Assembly: GCA_038064415.1 (NCBI GenBank) | Contig: JBBTTD010000001.1 | Coordinates: 79,738-126,966, forward strand | DNA: 47,229 bases | Direction of reading: 5' to 3' | Origin: Patescibacteria group bacterium | GTDB taxonomy: Bacteria; Patescibacteriota; Minisyncoccia; Phycocordibacterales; PALSA-1337 | Part shown: positions 1-9,804 of the stretch, piece by piece | How the letters are laid out: each line of letters opens with the position of its first letter | Numbering within the stretch: position 1 is the first letter of the stretch | Program-made: the position numbers and the translations under genes | Notes under the pieces: generated by a model | Database searches by the model: none | The model's input: the letters and a program-made list of their open reading frames with translations, nothing else | What the model was told of the DNA's origin: nothing

Positions 1-81
1 ACGAGTAACGCGTACAAATAGATTGTCAATTTTATATACATTAGCTTGCAGGAATGAACTTTATTCGTTGATTATTTTTTG

Positions 82-110
82 TTGCAAAATACATTTTTTT
101 TATATAGAAT
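82..110 (+). promoter_or_regulatory. Sigma70-type promoter of grpE
   Basis: TTGCAA-17 nt-TAGAAT, 9 nt before the ATG. Confidence 0.55.
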
Positions 111-119
111 GGCAGAATT

Positions 120-725
120 ATGAAGAAAAAAATTGACGACGACATTATCCCTGAAACTAATGCTACAAATACTCAAAGTTTGAGTGGTTTAGGCGATTCT
201 GACACTCTCGATGATTCTGTTGTTGCTGAAGAAAACGCAAAAGAAGCCATCAAGAAACTTCGTGAAAAGCTTAAAAATATAGAATCAGAAAGACAAGAAT
301 ATCTGGTTGGCTGGCAACGCGCTAAAGCTGATCTTATTAATGCTCGAAAGCGCGATGACACAGAACGAGTTGAATTCATCAAATTTTCCAATGAGCGCTT
401 AATTGACGGACTAGTTCCGGTTTTGGAAAGTTTTGATATGGCAATAGGGAATAAGGAGACATGGGAAAAGGTTGATAAAAATTGGCGTATAGGAGTTGAA
501 TACATTTATTCTCAATTAAAAAAGACTTTGAATGATGCTGGTCTAGAAGAAATTGATCCTATAAATAAGAAGTTTGATCACTCTTTACATGAAGCTGTCT
601 CATATGAATCTGTTACTGACGAAAAATTGAATCATATTGTTACGGCCGTGATTCAAAAAGGGTATTCTCTGAATGGAAAGATTTTGAAACCTGCCAGAGT
701 GAAGGTGGGGGAGTGGAAGAAATAG
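120..725 (+). CDS. grpE: Nucleotide exchange factor GrpE
   Basis: RAKADLIN, FDHSLHEAV and QKGYSLNGKILKPARVKV motifs; upstream of dnaK. Confidence 0.96.
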   Translation: MKKKIDDDIIPETNATNTQSLSGLGDSDTLDDSVVAEENAKEAIKKLREKLKNIESERQEYLVGWQRAKADLINARKRDDTERVEFIKFSNERLIDGLVPVLESFDMAIGNKETWEKVDKNWRIGVEYIYSQLKKTLNDAGLEEIDPINKKFDHSLHEAVSYESVTDEKLNHIVTAVIQKGYSLNGKILKPARVKVGEWKK

Positions 726-825
726 TTCAAACACTTTTTCATTATCCGTGAACCTTGCGCAAAGTTTTTTGAGGTGTATAATTTTGGCACACCTGCGGAC
801 TATTAGTCTCCTAATTTTGAAATAT

Positions 826-1053
826 ATGATACATAAACACAATATACAAAATCAACCAGATATCACAATCAATGAGTTAGCTGTAGAAATGAGAGGGGGG
901 TTCAAGAAAGTTAATGAATCCGTTGAGGATTTGGCGAAAATGACTGCGCGTGAATTTAGAATAGTCCATGATGAAATAGGTGAAGTCAAAACTGTAATTC
1001 GTGAGCACGGATCTCGTATTCGTCGAACAGAACACAAACTTCAGCTTGCATAA
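826..1053 (+). CDS. Small coiled-coil hypothetical protein (~75 aa)
   Basis: In-frame ATG at 826 within ORF 748..1053; heptad-like ELAVEMRGGFKKV..EDLAKMTAREF; TATAAT at 777. Confidence 0.6.
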   Translation: MIHKHNIQNQPDITINELAVEMRGGFKKVNESVEDLAKMTAREFRIVHDEIGEVKTVIREHGSRIRRTEHKLQLA

Positions 1054-1107
1054 TTTTGAGAAAATATCGCTTGCCCAGCGATATTTTTCTGCTATAATAG
1101 TATTGTA

Positions 1108-1509
1108 ATGATTAACCCATCTAAGAAACAACCCCTAGGCACTCAGAATTCGGTCTCAAATCAGACAGCCCTTCAACATGGCCAATTTCTTTCTCGTATC
1201 TTCACTGACCAATCAGGACAACAATTCTGTCTGATCTTCTTCGTGACTATTGTTGTCGGAGAAGCGCACGGCCATCTCGTCTCCGCACAACCAATGAAGC
1301 GTGAAGGTCAAACCTTCACATCACTCCGCCTTTCCGGAAGTTGTGCATCTTCAAATAGTTCAAGTGGTCAAATTTTCTGTCTTCCAATTGCATGTCCAAA
1401 GAGAGAGGTTGAAACTATATACATTCCTGCATACACACCAATTATTTCTCCTTTTACTGAACTTTACTTTTTTATGAGCCAACCTACGAGGGCGCCTTCT
1501 GGCATTTAA
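1108..1509 (+). CDS. Hypothetical protein (133 aa), C-terminus QPTRAPSGI
   Basis: ORF preceded by TTGCCC-16-TATAAT with TG extension. Confidence 0.55.
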   Translation: MINPSKKQPLGTQNSVSNQTALQHGQFLSRIFTDQSGQQFCLIFFVTIVVGEAHGHLVSAQPMKREGQTFTSLRLSGSCASSNSSSGQIFCLPIACPKREVETIYIPAYTPIISPFTELYFFMSQPTRAPSGI

Positions 1510-1518
1510 TTTCCGCGC

Positions 1519-1765
1519 ATGCTCATTAAAGTCAGAGTAACTGTCGGTGCGCGCGGAAAAGGTCGTCAAGAAAACTGACGATTTTTATGTTGTGTCTGTC
1601 AGAGAAAAAGCGGAAAGGAATGAAGCAAATAGGAGAGTATTGGAAATCTTGAAAAAAGAATATCCTGGAAATGCAGTGAGACTCATAAAAGGGCATCAAC
1701 CGTCACTGCTATTTGTCAACTATCCTAAAACACCCTATTTACTCATTTTAATTACCAATTACTAG
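1519..1765 (+). pseudogene. Frameshifted DUF167/YggU-family gene
   Basis: MLIKVRVTVGAR from 1519 continues in the +1 frame as AEKVVKK..SVREKAERNEANRRVLEIL; similar to intact paralog at 43148-43366. Confidence 0.7.
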
Positions 1766-1776
1766 TTACTAACTAC
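1749..1776. repeat. 4 x 7-bp tandem repeat (YARYTAC)
   Basis: TAATTAC CAATTAC TAGTTAC TAACTAC just before the dnaK ATG. Confidence 0.7.
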
Positions 1777-1783
1777 TTAAACT

Positions 1784-3712
1784 ATGTCTAAAATCATCGG
1801 AATCGACCTCGGAACGACTTTTTCGGCTGTTGCCGTTATGGAAGCAGGAGTTCCGAGAGTCCTAGAAAACGCGGAAGGTCAGCGTACAACACCTTCGATT
1901 GTCGCTCAATCTAAAACAGGCGAAAGACTTGTTGGACTTTTGGCAAAGCGACAAGCGGTAACGAATCCAAAAAACACCATCTTCCAGATCAAACGATTCA
2001 TGGGTCACACTTTTGACGAACCGAGTGTGCAGAAAGATATCAAGAACGTCTCATTTGAAGTGCGTAAGTCATCAAATGGAGGCATTGAAGTGAACATGGC
2101 GGGGAACTGGCTAAGACCAGAAGAAGTGTCAGCTATGATCCTCCAGAAACTCAAGACTGACGCAGAAGCACGTCTTGGTGAAAAGATTACTGAAGCAGTT
2201 ATTACGGTTCCAGCTTACTTCAACGATTCACAACGTCAAGCAACCAAAGATGCTGGTAAAATTGCCGGACTTGATGTGAAGCGTATCATCAACGAGCCGA
2301 CAGCGGCTGCGCTTGCATACGGATTTAGCAAGAAGAAAAATGAAAAAATAGCCGTCTTTGATTTCGGCGGCGGCACTTTTGACATATCTGTGCTTGAAGT
2401 CGGCGATGATGTTATTGAGGTCAAATCTACTGACGGTGACTCGCATCTCGGTGGACGCGATATTGATGCCAAGATTGTGAATTGGCTCGCCGACACATTC
2501 AACAAAGAAAACGGCATTGATCTCAAGAAGGATCCATTGGCACTACAACGTCTAGATGAAGCTGCGGAAAAAGCCAAGATTGAGCTTTCAACTGCGATGC
2601 AGACTGAAATAAATATCCCATTCGTTACTTCTGGCGCAGATGGACCAAAACATCTGCTTGTCGTTATGACACGCGCAAAGTTGGAAGAGATGACAAAGGA
2701 ATTCATTGACCGTGCTATGGAAATAACTAAACGTGCCGTTTCAGCATCACCATTCAAAGTAGGTGAAATCAATGAGATTGTCCTAGTTGGTGGACAAACT
2801 CGCATGCCAGCTATGCAAGATGCAGTTAAGAAATTCTTCGGAAAAGATCCTCACATGGGTGTGAATCCCGACGAAGTGGTTGCGGTTGGCGCGGCGATCC
2901 AAGGTGGAATTTTAGGTGGTGATGTAAAGGATGTGCTTCTGCTTGATGTTATTCCACTTTCTCTTGGCATTGAAACTATGGGTGGTATTGCCACAAAACT
3001 TATTGAAAAGAATACAACTGTTCCTACCCAGCGTTCGCAAATATTCTCAACTGCCGCTGATAATCAAACATCTGTTGAAATTCACATTACTCAAGGCGAG
3101 CGCGCAATGTCTACAGATAATAAATCGTTGGGTAGATTCATTCTTGATGGTATTCCACCAGCACATCGCGGTGCGCCACAGATTGAAGTAAGTTTTGACA
3201 TTGATGCAAATGGTATATTGAATGTGACTGCAAAAGATAAAACGACGGGTAAGGCCAACTCAATCAAAATCACAGCTTCTTCTGGTCTATCCAAAGAAGA
3301 GGTTGAAAAAATGAAACAAGATGCGGCCAAGCATGAGGCAGAAGACAAGACAAAACACGAAGCTGTTGAAGCCAAGAATATCGCAGAGCAGTTAGTCTAC
3401 ACCGCAGAGAAGGCCCTGAAAGACGCTGGCGAGAAAGTTCCTGCAGAGTTGCGAAAGTTTATTGAAGATAAGATTGCTGATCTGAAAACTGCCAAGGATA
3501 ATGTGAATCATGATAAAGAAGCTATTAAAAAGGCAACTAGTGCGCTGTCGGATGAGATACAGAAGATAGGGCAGTATATGTCTCAAACCCCTCCAGGTGG
3601 TGCGACTGGTACTGATTCTGCTAGTAATTCAACCAGTGGCGCTTCGGAAGGAAAAGGATCAGAAGGAGATGAAGGAAATGTGAAAGACGCGGAATTCAAG
3701 GAGAAGAAATAG
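1784..3712 (+). CDS. dnaK: Chaperone DnaK (Hsp70)
   Basis: [23 protein letters not shown] and NPDEVVA motifs. Confidence 0.99.
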   Translation: MSKIIGIDLGTTFSAVAVMEAGVPRVLENAEGQRTTPSIVAQSKTGERLVGLLAKRQAVTNPKNTIFQIKRFMGHTFDEPSVQKDIKNVSFEVRKSSNGGIEVNMAGNWLRPEEVSAMILQKLKTDAEARLGEKITEAVITVPAYFNDSQRQATKDAGKIAGLDVKRIINEPTAAALAYGFSKKKNEKIAVFDFGGGTFDISVLEVGDDVIEVKSTDGDSHLGGRDIDAKIVNWLADTFNKENGIDLKKDPLALQRLDEAAEKAKIELSTAMQTEINIPFVTSGADGPKHLLVVMTRAKLEEMTKEFIDRAMEITKRAVSASPFKVGEINEIVLVGGQTRMPAMQDAVKKFFGKDPHMGVNPDEVVAVGAAIQGGILGGDVKDVLLLDVIPLSLGIETMGGIATKLIEKNTTVPTQRSQIFSTAADNQTSVEIHITQGERAMSTDNKSLGRFILDGIPPAHRGAPQIEVSFDIDANGILNVTAKDKTTGKANSIKITASSGLSKEEVEKMKQDAAKHEAEDKTKHEAVEAKNIAEQLVYTAEKALKDAGEKVPAELRKFIEDKIADLKTAKDNVNHDKEAIKKATSALSDEIQKIGQYMSQTPPGGATGTDSASNSTSGASEGKGSEGDEGNVKDAEFKEKK

Positions 3713-3727
3713 GTCAATAAAAAAGAA

Positions 3728-3752
3728 TCCCACCAGCACCTTGCTGGTGGGA
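3728..3752. terminator. GC-rich hairpin after dnaK; U-tract only on the minus strand
   Basis: TCCCACCAGCA-CCT-TGCTGGTGGGA, preceded by an A-rich run. Confidence 0.6.
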
Positions 3753-3928
3753 CTGGAAAAATGGGGAAATTTTATGTGTGCGATATTAATTATCAGTGCA
3801 GAATAGTATTTTCGTCTTATAGCAAGAATATCTATCTTGAATCAACTGGATCTCACGATGATATTCACTAAAAATAATCGGAATTCAACTGTTTCCAAAA
3901 CAGAAACAATCCATGTAATATCAAATAA

Positions 3929-4840
3929 ATGAAAGACTACTACAAAATCCTTGGCCTTGATAAAAACGCCTCAAAAGACGACATAAAAAAGGCGTTTCGT
4001 AAAATGGCACACGAGCATCATCCAGACAAAACAAAAGGCCATGCTGGATCAGAACAGAAATTCAAAGAAGCTAGCGAGGCATATTCAGTATTGTCGGATG
4101 ATAACAAGCGCGCGCAATACGACCGATTCGGTTCGGCTGGACCTAGCGGAGGAGCGGGTTTTAATGCCGGTCAAGGTGGTTTTGGTAGCAAAGGATTCGG
4201 AGGTTTTGATTTCTCTGGTTTTCAAAATGGCGGATTTAATTTCAATCAAGGTGGCGTAGAATTTGACCTCGGAGATATTTTTGGTGAATTTTTTGGGGGT
4301 GGAAGCAGACGCGCGCATAAAGGTAGAAATATTACCATAGATGTTGAAATCTCATTCAAAGATTCTATTTTTGGCATAGAAAAAGAAATATCAGTGAATG
4401 GCTCAAAATTTTCTATAAAAATTCCCGCTGGAATAGAAAGTGGCCAAGGATTGCGCGTGGCAGGGAAGGGTGAAAATGGTCAAGGTGGCAAAGGCGATCT
4501 TATTGTGCGCATTTGGGTCAAAGAACATGGTGTATTTCGTAAAGAAGCATTTAATTTGATCATGGAATTACCAATCAAACTTACTTTGGCTTTGACTGGC
4601 GGTTCTGTAGATATTGAAACTCTAGATGGAAAATTGGAGGTTAAAATTCCTACTGGCACTTCTCATGGAGAAATTTTACGAATCAAAGGAAAAGGAGTGC
4701 CATATGAGACAACTGGTACCATATTTGGCACCGGTGGTAGACGCGGAGATCTTTTAATTGTTACACATGTTGAAATGCCAAAAAAGTTGAGTAGAAAGGC
4801 GAAGGAATTGATTGATGAGTTAAAAAGGGAAGGAATCTAG
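3929..4840 (+). CDS. dnaJ: DnaJ-family co-chaperone lacking the zinc-finger region
   Basis: KDYYKILG, HPD motif, G/F-rich linker and C-terminal domains; no CxxCxGxG. Confidence 0.9.
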   Translation: MKDYYKILGLDKNASKDDIKKAFRKMAHEHHPDKTKGHAGSEQKFKEASEAYSVLSDDNKRAQYDRFGSAGPSGGAGFNAGQGGFGSKGFGGFDFSGFQNGGFNFNQGGVEFDLGDIFGEFFGGGSRRAHKGRNITIDVEISFKDSIFGIEKEISVNGSKFSIKIPAGIESGQGLRVAGKGENGQGGKGDLIVRIWVKEHGVFRKEAFNLIMELPIKLTLALTGGSVDIETLDGKLEVKIPTGTSHGEILRIKGKGVPYETTGTIFGTGGRRGDLLIVTHVEMPKKLSRKAKELIDELKREGI

Positions 4841-4844
4841 TTTC

Positions 4845-4863
4845 AGCGAGGTCCGACCTCGCT
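4845..4863. repeat. AGGT-N3-ACCT hairpin
   Basis: AGCGAGGT-CCG-ACCTCGCT. Confidence 0.75.
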
Positions 4864-4894
4864 AGTTAGCCAAGTAATCTGCTATAATGGTCCC

Positions 4895-5938
4895 ATGAAA
4901 AAAGTATTGCTCTCTGGAGTCAAACCAACTGGCATCGCACATATTGGCAATTATTTTGGCGCAATGAAACAGTTTGTAGGTTTGCAGAACTCTGGTAAAT
5001 ACCAGTGCTATTTTATGATTGCCGACTATCATGGCCTCAATCTTATTCAAGACAAAGAACAGATGAAGAAATTGACACTAGAACTTGCTATTGATTACCT
5101 CGCTATTGGGTTAGATCCAAAAGCATCTGTACTTTTTAGACAGAGCGATGTTTCAGCTCACACAGAATTAACATGGATTTTTGATAGCATAGTCCCTATT
5201 GCCTATCTTGCCCGCGCTCACGCATTTAAAGCTGCTGTAGAAAAATTCAATGACATAGCACCCGCACAAAGATCTCTCGCGTCTAAATTAGAACAATTAG
5301 CCGATGTCAGTGTCGGCACTTTCAATTATCCAGTTTTAATGGCGGCTGACATATTACTCTATGACACAGATGTCGTGCCGGTTGGTCAAGATCAAAAACA
5401 GCATGTGGAATACGCTCGAGATATTGCTTTAAAGTTTAATGATATTTTTGGTGGACCAAAAGACTCCAAGAACAATCCAAGTTCGCCAGTTTTTAAACTA
5501 CCTGAACATCTAATCATAAAAGATGTTGCGGTTGTGGCTGGAATTGACGGTCGAAAGATGTCAAAGAGTTATGGCAACACTATCTCATTATTCGCCGAAC
5601 GAGATGAAATAATTAAATCAGTGATGAGTATTGTCACTGACTCAAACGGACCTGAGAGCGGGGGCATTCCGACAAATGTTTACAATATTCATAAACTTTT
5701 TAGAAGTGAGGGGGACTTGAAAGAATTGTATGAAGCTAATAAAGGAAAATACAAGATACTCAAGGAGGCGCTGATTGAAGATGTTGATACTTTTCTGAAA
5801 CCACTTCGTGAAAGACGCGCGAGATTGGCGCGGAACGAAAAAGCCGTTGTTGAAATTTTAAAAGATGGCGGTCTGCGTGCCAAAGAAATAGCTGATAGAA
5901 AATTAATTGAAATCAAGAAAAGCATTGGAGTATTATAG
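4895..5938 (+). CDS. trpS: Tryptophan--tRNA ligase
   Basis: HIGN, YPVLMAADIL, VPVGQDQKQH and KMSKS motifs. Confidence 0.97.
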   Translation: MKKVLLSGVKPTGIAHIGNYFGAMKQFVGLQNSGKYQCYFMIADYHGLNLIQDKEQMKKLTLELAIDYLAIGLDPKASVLFRQSDVSAHTELTWIFDSIVPIAYLARAHAFKAAVEKFNDIAPAQRSLASKLEQLADVSVGTFNYPVLMAADILLYDTDVVPVGQDQKQHVEYARDIALKFNDIFGGPKDSKNNPSSPVFKLPEHLIIKDVAVVAGIDGRKMSKSYGNTISLFAERDEIIKSVMSIVTDSNGPESGGIPTNVYNIHKLFRSEGDLKELYEANKGKYKILKEALIEDVDTFLKPLRERRARLARNEKAVVEILKDGGLRAKEIADRKLIEIKKSIGVL

Positions 5939-5941
5939 AAA

Positions 5942-6664
5942 ATGTCATTCACAATTAAAACCCAATCTTTTGAAGGTCCACTGGACTTGCTCCTTGACTT
6001 GATTGAACAACGCAAACTTTTTATTAATGATATTTCACTGGCAAAAGTAACTGACGATTTCATAGAACATATCAGACAATTTGAAAACGTACCAATAGGT
6101 GAATCGGCACATTTTATTTTAGTCGCGTCAACTCTTTTACTTATAAAATCTAAATCATTATTACCCGAACTTTCCTTGACCAATGAAGAAGCTGGGGATA
6201 TCCGTGACTTGGAAACGCGTTTGAAAATATATAGACGAATTAAAGACGCCAGCAAACATGTGCAAAAATTGTTTGGCGTTGAAATAATATTCACTCAATC
6301 ACAGTCAAGACCGATTCATGCGGTTTTTGCCCCTGATTCAGAATGTACGCTTGAAAAAGCCCTTTTTTCATTAAAGGATTTAATCAATCGTCTACCAAAG
6401 AAAGAAAATTTACCACAGACGCTCGTCAGAAAAGTCATGAGTTTGGAAAATATGATTGACACACTGACCACTAGGATTACTGGGGCTTTGCGCATGAGTT
6501 TTAAAGAATTTACGAAAGAACATAAGGAAAATCGAGTAAACGTAATTGTTGGTTTTCTGGCCATGCTTGAGTTGGTCAAGCAGGGAGTTTTGCATGTTTC
6601 GCAAGAAAAAATGTTTGATGATATTCACATGGAAACTACAAATGTGGGCGTGCCACGATATTAA
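5942..6664 (+). CDS. scpA: Segregation/condensation protein A
   Basis: FEGPLDLLLDLI N-terminus, FLAMLELVK C-terminus. Confidence 0.95.
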   Translation: MSFTIKTQSFEGPLDLLLDLIEQRKLFINDISLAKVTDDFIEHIRQFENVPIGESAHFILVASTLLLIKSKSLLPELSLTNEEAGDIRDLETRLKIYRRIKDASKHVQKLFGVEIIFTQSQSRPIHAVFAPDSECTLEKALFSLKDLINRLPKKENLPQTLVRKVMSLENMIDTLTTRITGALRMSFKEFTKEHKENRVNVIVGFLAMLELVKQGVLHVSQEKMFDDIHMETTNVGVPRY

Positions 6665-6677
6665 TCAATAATCACCG

Positions 6678-6710
6678 AATTTGTAAAATTCGTGTAATTC
6701 GTTGATTCGT
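6678..6710. repeat. ~9-bp tandem repeat (AATTCGTNN)
   Basis: AATTTGTAA AATTCGTGT AATTCGTTG ATTCGT. Confidence 0.6.
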
Positions 6711-6725
6711 ATTATACTTTTTATC

Positions 6726-7295
6726 ATGAATTTATCCCAACAAATTGAAGCTATACTTTTTTGGAAAGCAGAACCTGTGGCTATAAAAAAATTAGCGGTA
6801 TTTCTGAATGTGGATGTACCGACGATAAAGACTGGGCTAACTGAATTAGAAAATATTTTGAGTGGTAGAGGAATCACTTTGGTCCAGACAAATGATGATG
6901 TAATGCTTGGTACCGCAAAAGAACTATCACCACTAATTGAAAAATTAACGAGAGAAGAATTGACCAAGGATTTAGGAAAAGCCAGTCTGGAGACTATCTC
7001 AATAGTTCTTTATCAAGGACCAATATCGCGATCCGAAATTGATTACATCCGCGGAGTAAACTCACAATTTATTTTGCGAAATCTACTCATTCGTGGATTA
7101 GTTGAACGCATCCCCAATCCAAAAGACGCACGAAGCTATCTTTACAAACCAACTCTGGAATTACTCTCTCATCTAGGCACATCCAAAATTGAAGAGTTGC
7201 CAGAGTATCAGCAAGTTAGAGAAGAGATTGAATCTTTTAAAGTAAATGTAAATCAATCACAAAAACAAGAAGAAGTAATGGGTCAAGAACTATAA
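6726..7295 (+). CDS. scpB: SMC-Scp complex subunit ScpB
   Basis: IEAILF, LETISIVLYQGPISRSEIDYIRGVNS; start moved to ATG 6726. Confidence 0.95.
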   Translation: MNLSQQIEAILFWKAEPVAIKKLAVFLNVDVPTIKTGLTELENILSGRGITLVQTNDDVMLGTAKELSPLIEKLTREELTKDLGKASLETISIVLYQGPISRSEIDYIRGVNSQFILRNLLIRGLVERIPNPKDARSYLYKPTLELLSHLGTSKIEELPEYQQVREEIESFKVNVNQSQKQEEVMGQEL

Positions 7296-7299
7296 TGCC

Positions 7300-8400
7300 A
7301 TGTCCTCAAATACCAAACCAATTGACCGTTTTTTTCTTCTCTCAATAGTTGTCTTGACGATTGCCGGATTCGTAATATTCCTATCCGCTTCACTCGGTCT
7401 TTTAGCACAAACTGGGGTGAATTTTGGCACGATCGCTTTGAAACAAACGATTAGTTTGGTGATTGGTATTATTTTGTTCATTATTTTTTCTAGATTTTCA
7501 TATCACAAAATTAGGAAGTTAGCTTTTTGGGGATTTATTATCGCAATCGGTGTCAATCTACTCTTATTTATTCCTAGTTTGTCACTCTACCATGGCGGGG
7601 CGACTCGCTGGATAGATATCAGCTTTATTTCATTTCAACCATCCGAATTATTAAAAATTACTTTTATTATATATTTAGCGGCTTGGATACATTTTGCTAA
7701 AGATCGAATCAAAACTTTCAAATTTGGTCTTTTACCATATATGATTATTATGGGCATATTGAGTTTGCTTCTGCTTGTTCAATCGGATACCGATACCTTA
7801 TTGGTTATTGGTTTTACAGGTATCATGATGCTCTTTATCGCTGGTTTGCCACTCAAACATACAATTATTAGCGGACTTTTGATGGCTTCAGTCGTCGTTG
7901 GAGTCATTTGGTTTCGCACGGATGCTTTGGAGCGTGTAAAAGTTTTTTTAAATCATTCTACTGACCAACAAGGAGCTGGCTATCAAATCAATCAGTCACT
8001 TATTGCGATTGGTTCTGGACAGATCACTGGACGCGGAGTTGGTCAAAGTATTCAAAAATTCGGTTATCTACCTGAACCAATTGGCGACTCTATTTTTGCC
8101 GTCGCGGCTGAAGAATTCGGCTTTGTTGGTAGTTCAATCTTACTTGTATTGTATATTTTGTTGGCGATCAGTTCTTTTAGAGTCGGTACGCGAGCGCGAG
8201 ATAATTTTGGTGGAATCGTGGCAATAGGCATTGCGATCTTGATAATTATCGAATCCTTCATGAACATTGGCGCAATGCTCGGCGTCATACCGCTATCAGG
8301 TATGCCTTTGTTGTTTGTCTCTCATGGTGGTACGGCCTTGGTGATTATTTTGGCGGCTACTGGAATAGTCGCGAATGTTTCGAGATATCCAAAAGAGTAG
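7300..8400 (+). CDS. ftsW: SEDS peptidoglycan glycosyltransferase FtsW
   Basis: Multi-TM; GATRWI, FQPSELLK, GYQINQS, LPEPIGD; upstream of murG. Confidence 0.88.
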   Translation: MSSNTKPIDRFFLLSIVVLTIAGFVIFLSASLGLLAQTGVNFGTIALKQTISLVIGIILFIIFSRFSYHKIRKLAFWGFIIAIGVNLLLFIPSLSLYHGGATRWIDISFISFQPSELLKITFIIYLAAWIHFAKDRIKTFKFGLLPYMIIMGILSLLLLVQSDTDTLLVIGFTGIMMLFIAGLPLKHTIISGLLMASVVVGVIWFRTDALERVKVFLNHSTDQQGAGYQINQSLIAIGSGQITGRGVGQSIQKFGYLPEPIGDSIFAVAAEEFGFVGSSILLVLYILLAISSFRVGTRARDNFGGIVAIGIAILIIIESFMNIGAMLGVIPLSGMPLLFVSHGGTALVIILAATGIVANVSRYPKE

Positions 8401-8408
8401 TTATCTGC

Positions 8409-8524
8409 AAGCAAGAAGTGGGTGCGCATTTTCATGAGGGACCGTTATAACTGCCTCGCGCTCTGTGCCAAGAGACTGCGGTCCCTCATGAAAATGCGCA
8501 CCCACTTCTTGCTTACTTCCATCA
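8409..8524. repeat. Long-hairpin element E1 (36-bp perfect inverted arms)
   Basis: 8409-8444 is the exact reverse complement of 8479-8514; 34-nt loop. Confidence 0.92.
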
Positions 8525-8551
8525 CTATCAAATTCTGCTATAATAGTAGCC

Positions 8552-9685
8552 ATGAAAATCCTTTTTACTGGCGGAGGCTCGGGTGGACATTTTTACCCAA
8601 TAATTGCGATCGTTGAGGCTTTACATGAGCGGGTCAAGGAGCGTAAAATTATCTCACCTCAACTTTATTACATGGCTCCAAGCCAATACAATGCTCGAGC
8701 TCTTTTTGATAATGAGATTGAGTTTGTCAGCGTGTCAGCGGGAAAGATTCGAAGGTATTTTTCATTATTGAATATTACCGATGCATTCAAGACCGCGTTT
8801 GGATGTCTCTCTGCTTTGTTAAGCTTGTTTCGAATTTACCCCGATGTTGTTTTCGGTAAAGGCGGTTATGCTAGTTTTCCAACTCTTTTTGCGGCAAAAA
8901 TTTTGAGAATACCGGTAGTTATCCATGAATCAGATAGTAAACCGGGCAGAGTAAATGTTTGGGCAGCCAAGTTTGCTCGTAAAATCGCAATATCGTATCC
9001 AGATGCGGCGATATATTTTCCCAAGAAAGATGGCTTGGTAGCCATGACTGGTTGTCCGATTCGCGCGGAACTTGCGCAACCACTTTCCAATGGCGCGCAT
9101 GAATTTTTGAAATTAGAAAAAAATACTCCAGTAGTTTTAATTCTCGGTGGTTCTCAAGGTTCACAAAATATTAATGATGTAATCATTGAGGGATTACCAG
9201 AATTGTTAAATAAATATCAAATTATCCACCAAACTGGTCGCGACAATCTTGAAGAGATTAAATCAACTTTAGGGGTGATATTGAAAGATCATTCTTATTC
9301 ATATCGTTACCATCCTTTTGATTATTTGAACGAATTGGCTTTGCGAATGTCAGCTGGAGTCGCTGATATCATTGTCTCCCGAGCCGGTTCAACAATTTTT
9401 GAAATCGCGGCCTGGGGTGTGCCTTCTATCATAGTGCCATTACCGACTTCAGTCAGCCATGATCAAACCGAAAATGCTTTCGCTTATGCAAAAACAGGCG
9501 CGGCGTCAGTGGTTGAAGAAAACAATTTGAGCGCGCATATCATCATTGAAGAGATAAACAGAATTTATAATTCACCAGCTATCAAAGAGACCATGCAAAA
9601 ACAAGCTAAGGCCTTTGCACGTCTTGATAGCGCGAGCATTATTGCTGATGCTGTCTTAGATATGGCGCTAGAACATGAAAAATAG
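8552..9685 (+). CDS. murG: Lipid I GlcNAc transferase MurG
   Basis: TGGGSGGHFYP, GKGGYAS, GGSQGS and SRAG motifs. Confidence 0.96.
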   Translation: MKILFTGGGSGGHFYPIIAIVEALHERVKERKIISPQLYYMAPSQYNARALFDNEIEFVSVSAGKIRRYFSLLNITDAFKTAFGCLSALLSLFRIYPDVVFGKGGYASFPTLFAAKILRIPVVIHESDSKPGRVNVWAAKFARKIAISYPDAAIYFPKKDGLVAMTGCPIRAELAQPLSNGAHEFLKLEKNTPVVLILGGSQGSQNINDVIIEGLPELLNKYQIIHQTGRDNLEEIKSTLGVILKDHSYSYRYHPFDYLNELALRMSAGVADIIVSRAGSTIFEIAAWGVPSIIVPLPTSVSHDQTENAFAYAKTGAASVVEENNLSAHIIIEEINRIYNSPAIKETMQKQAKAFARLDSASIIADAVLDMALEHEK

Positions 9686-9804
9686 GAAACTATATCAGAT
9701 ATTTGTCAAGCATGTTTAATATTGCGCAATAGTTTCAAATATGTGCTATACTGCTAATCTAAAACTGTCGAATTATTAGCTTTAATAAATAATTTATAAA
9801 GAAT

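Noticed and set aside
1-119. Expected CIRCE element upstream of grpE/dnaK
   Set aside because: No TTAGCACTC-N9-GAGTGCTAA seen here or before dnaK
2236-2805. Long antisense ORFs (for example in dnaK, and 5689-6294)
   Set aside because: Shadow frames of conserved genes
8422-8616. 64-aa ORF across E1, and the 98-aa minus ORF across E2
   Set aside because: By-products of the palindromes that overlap real genes; no protein features
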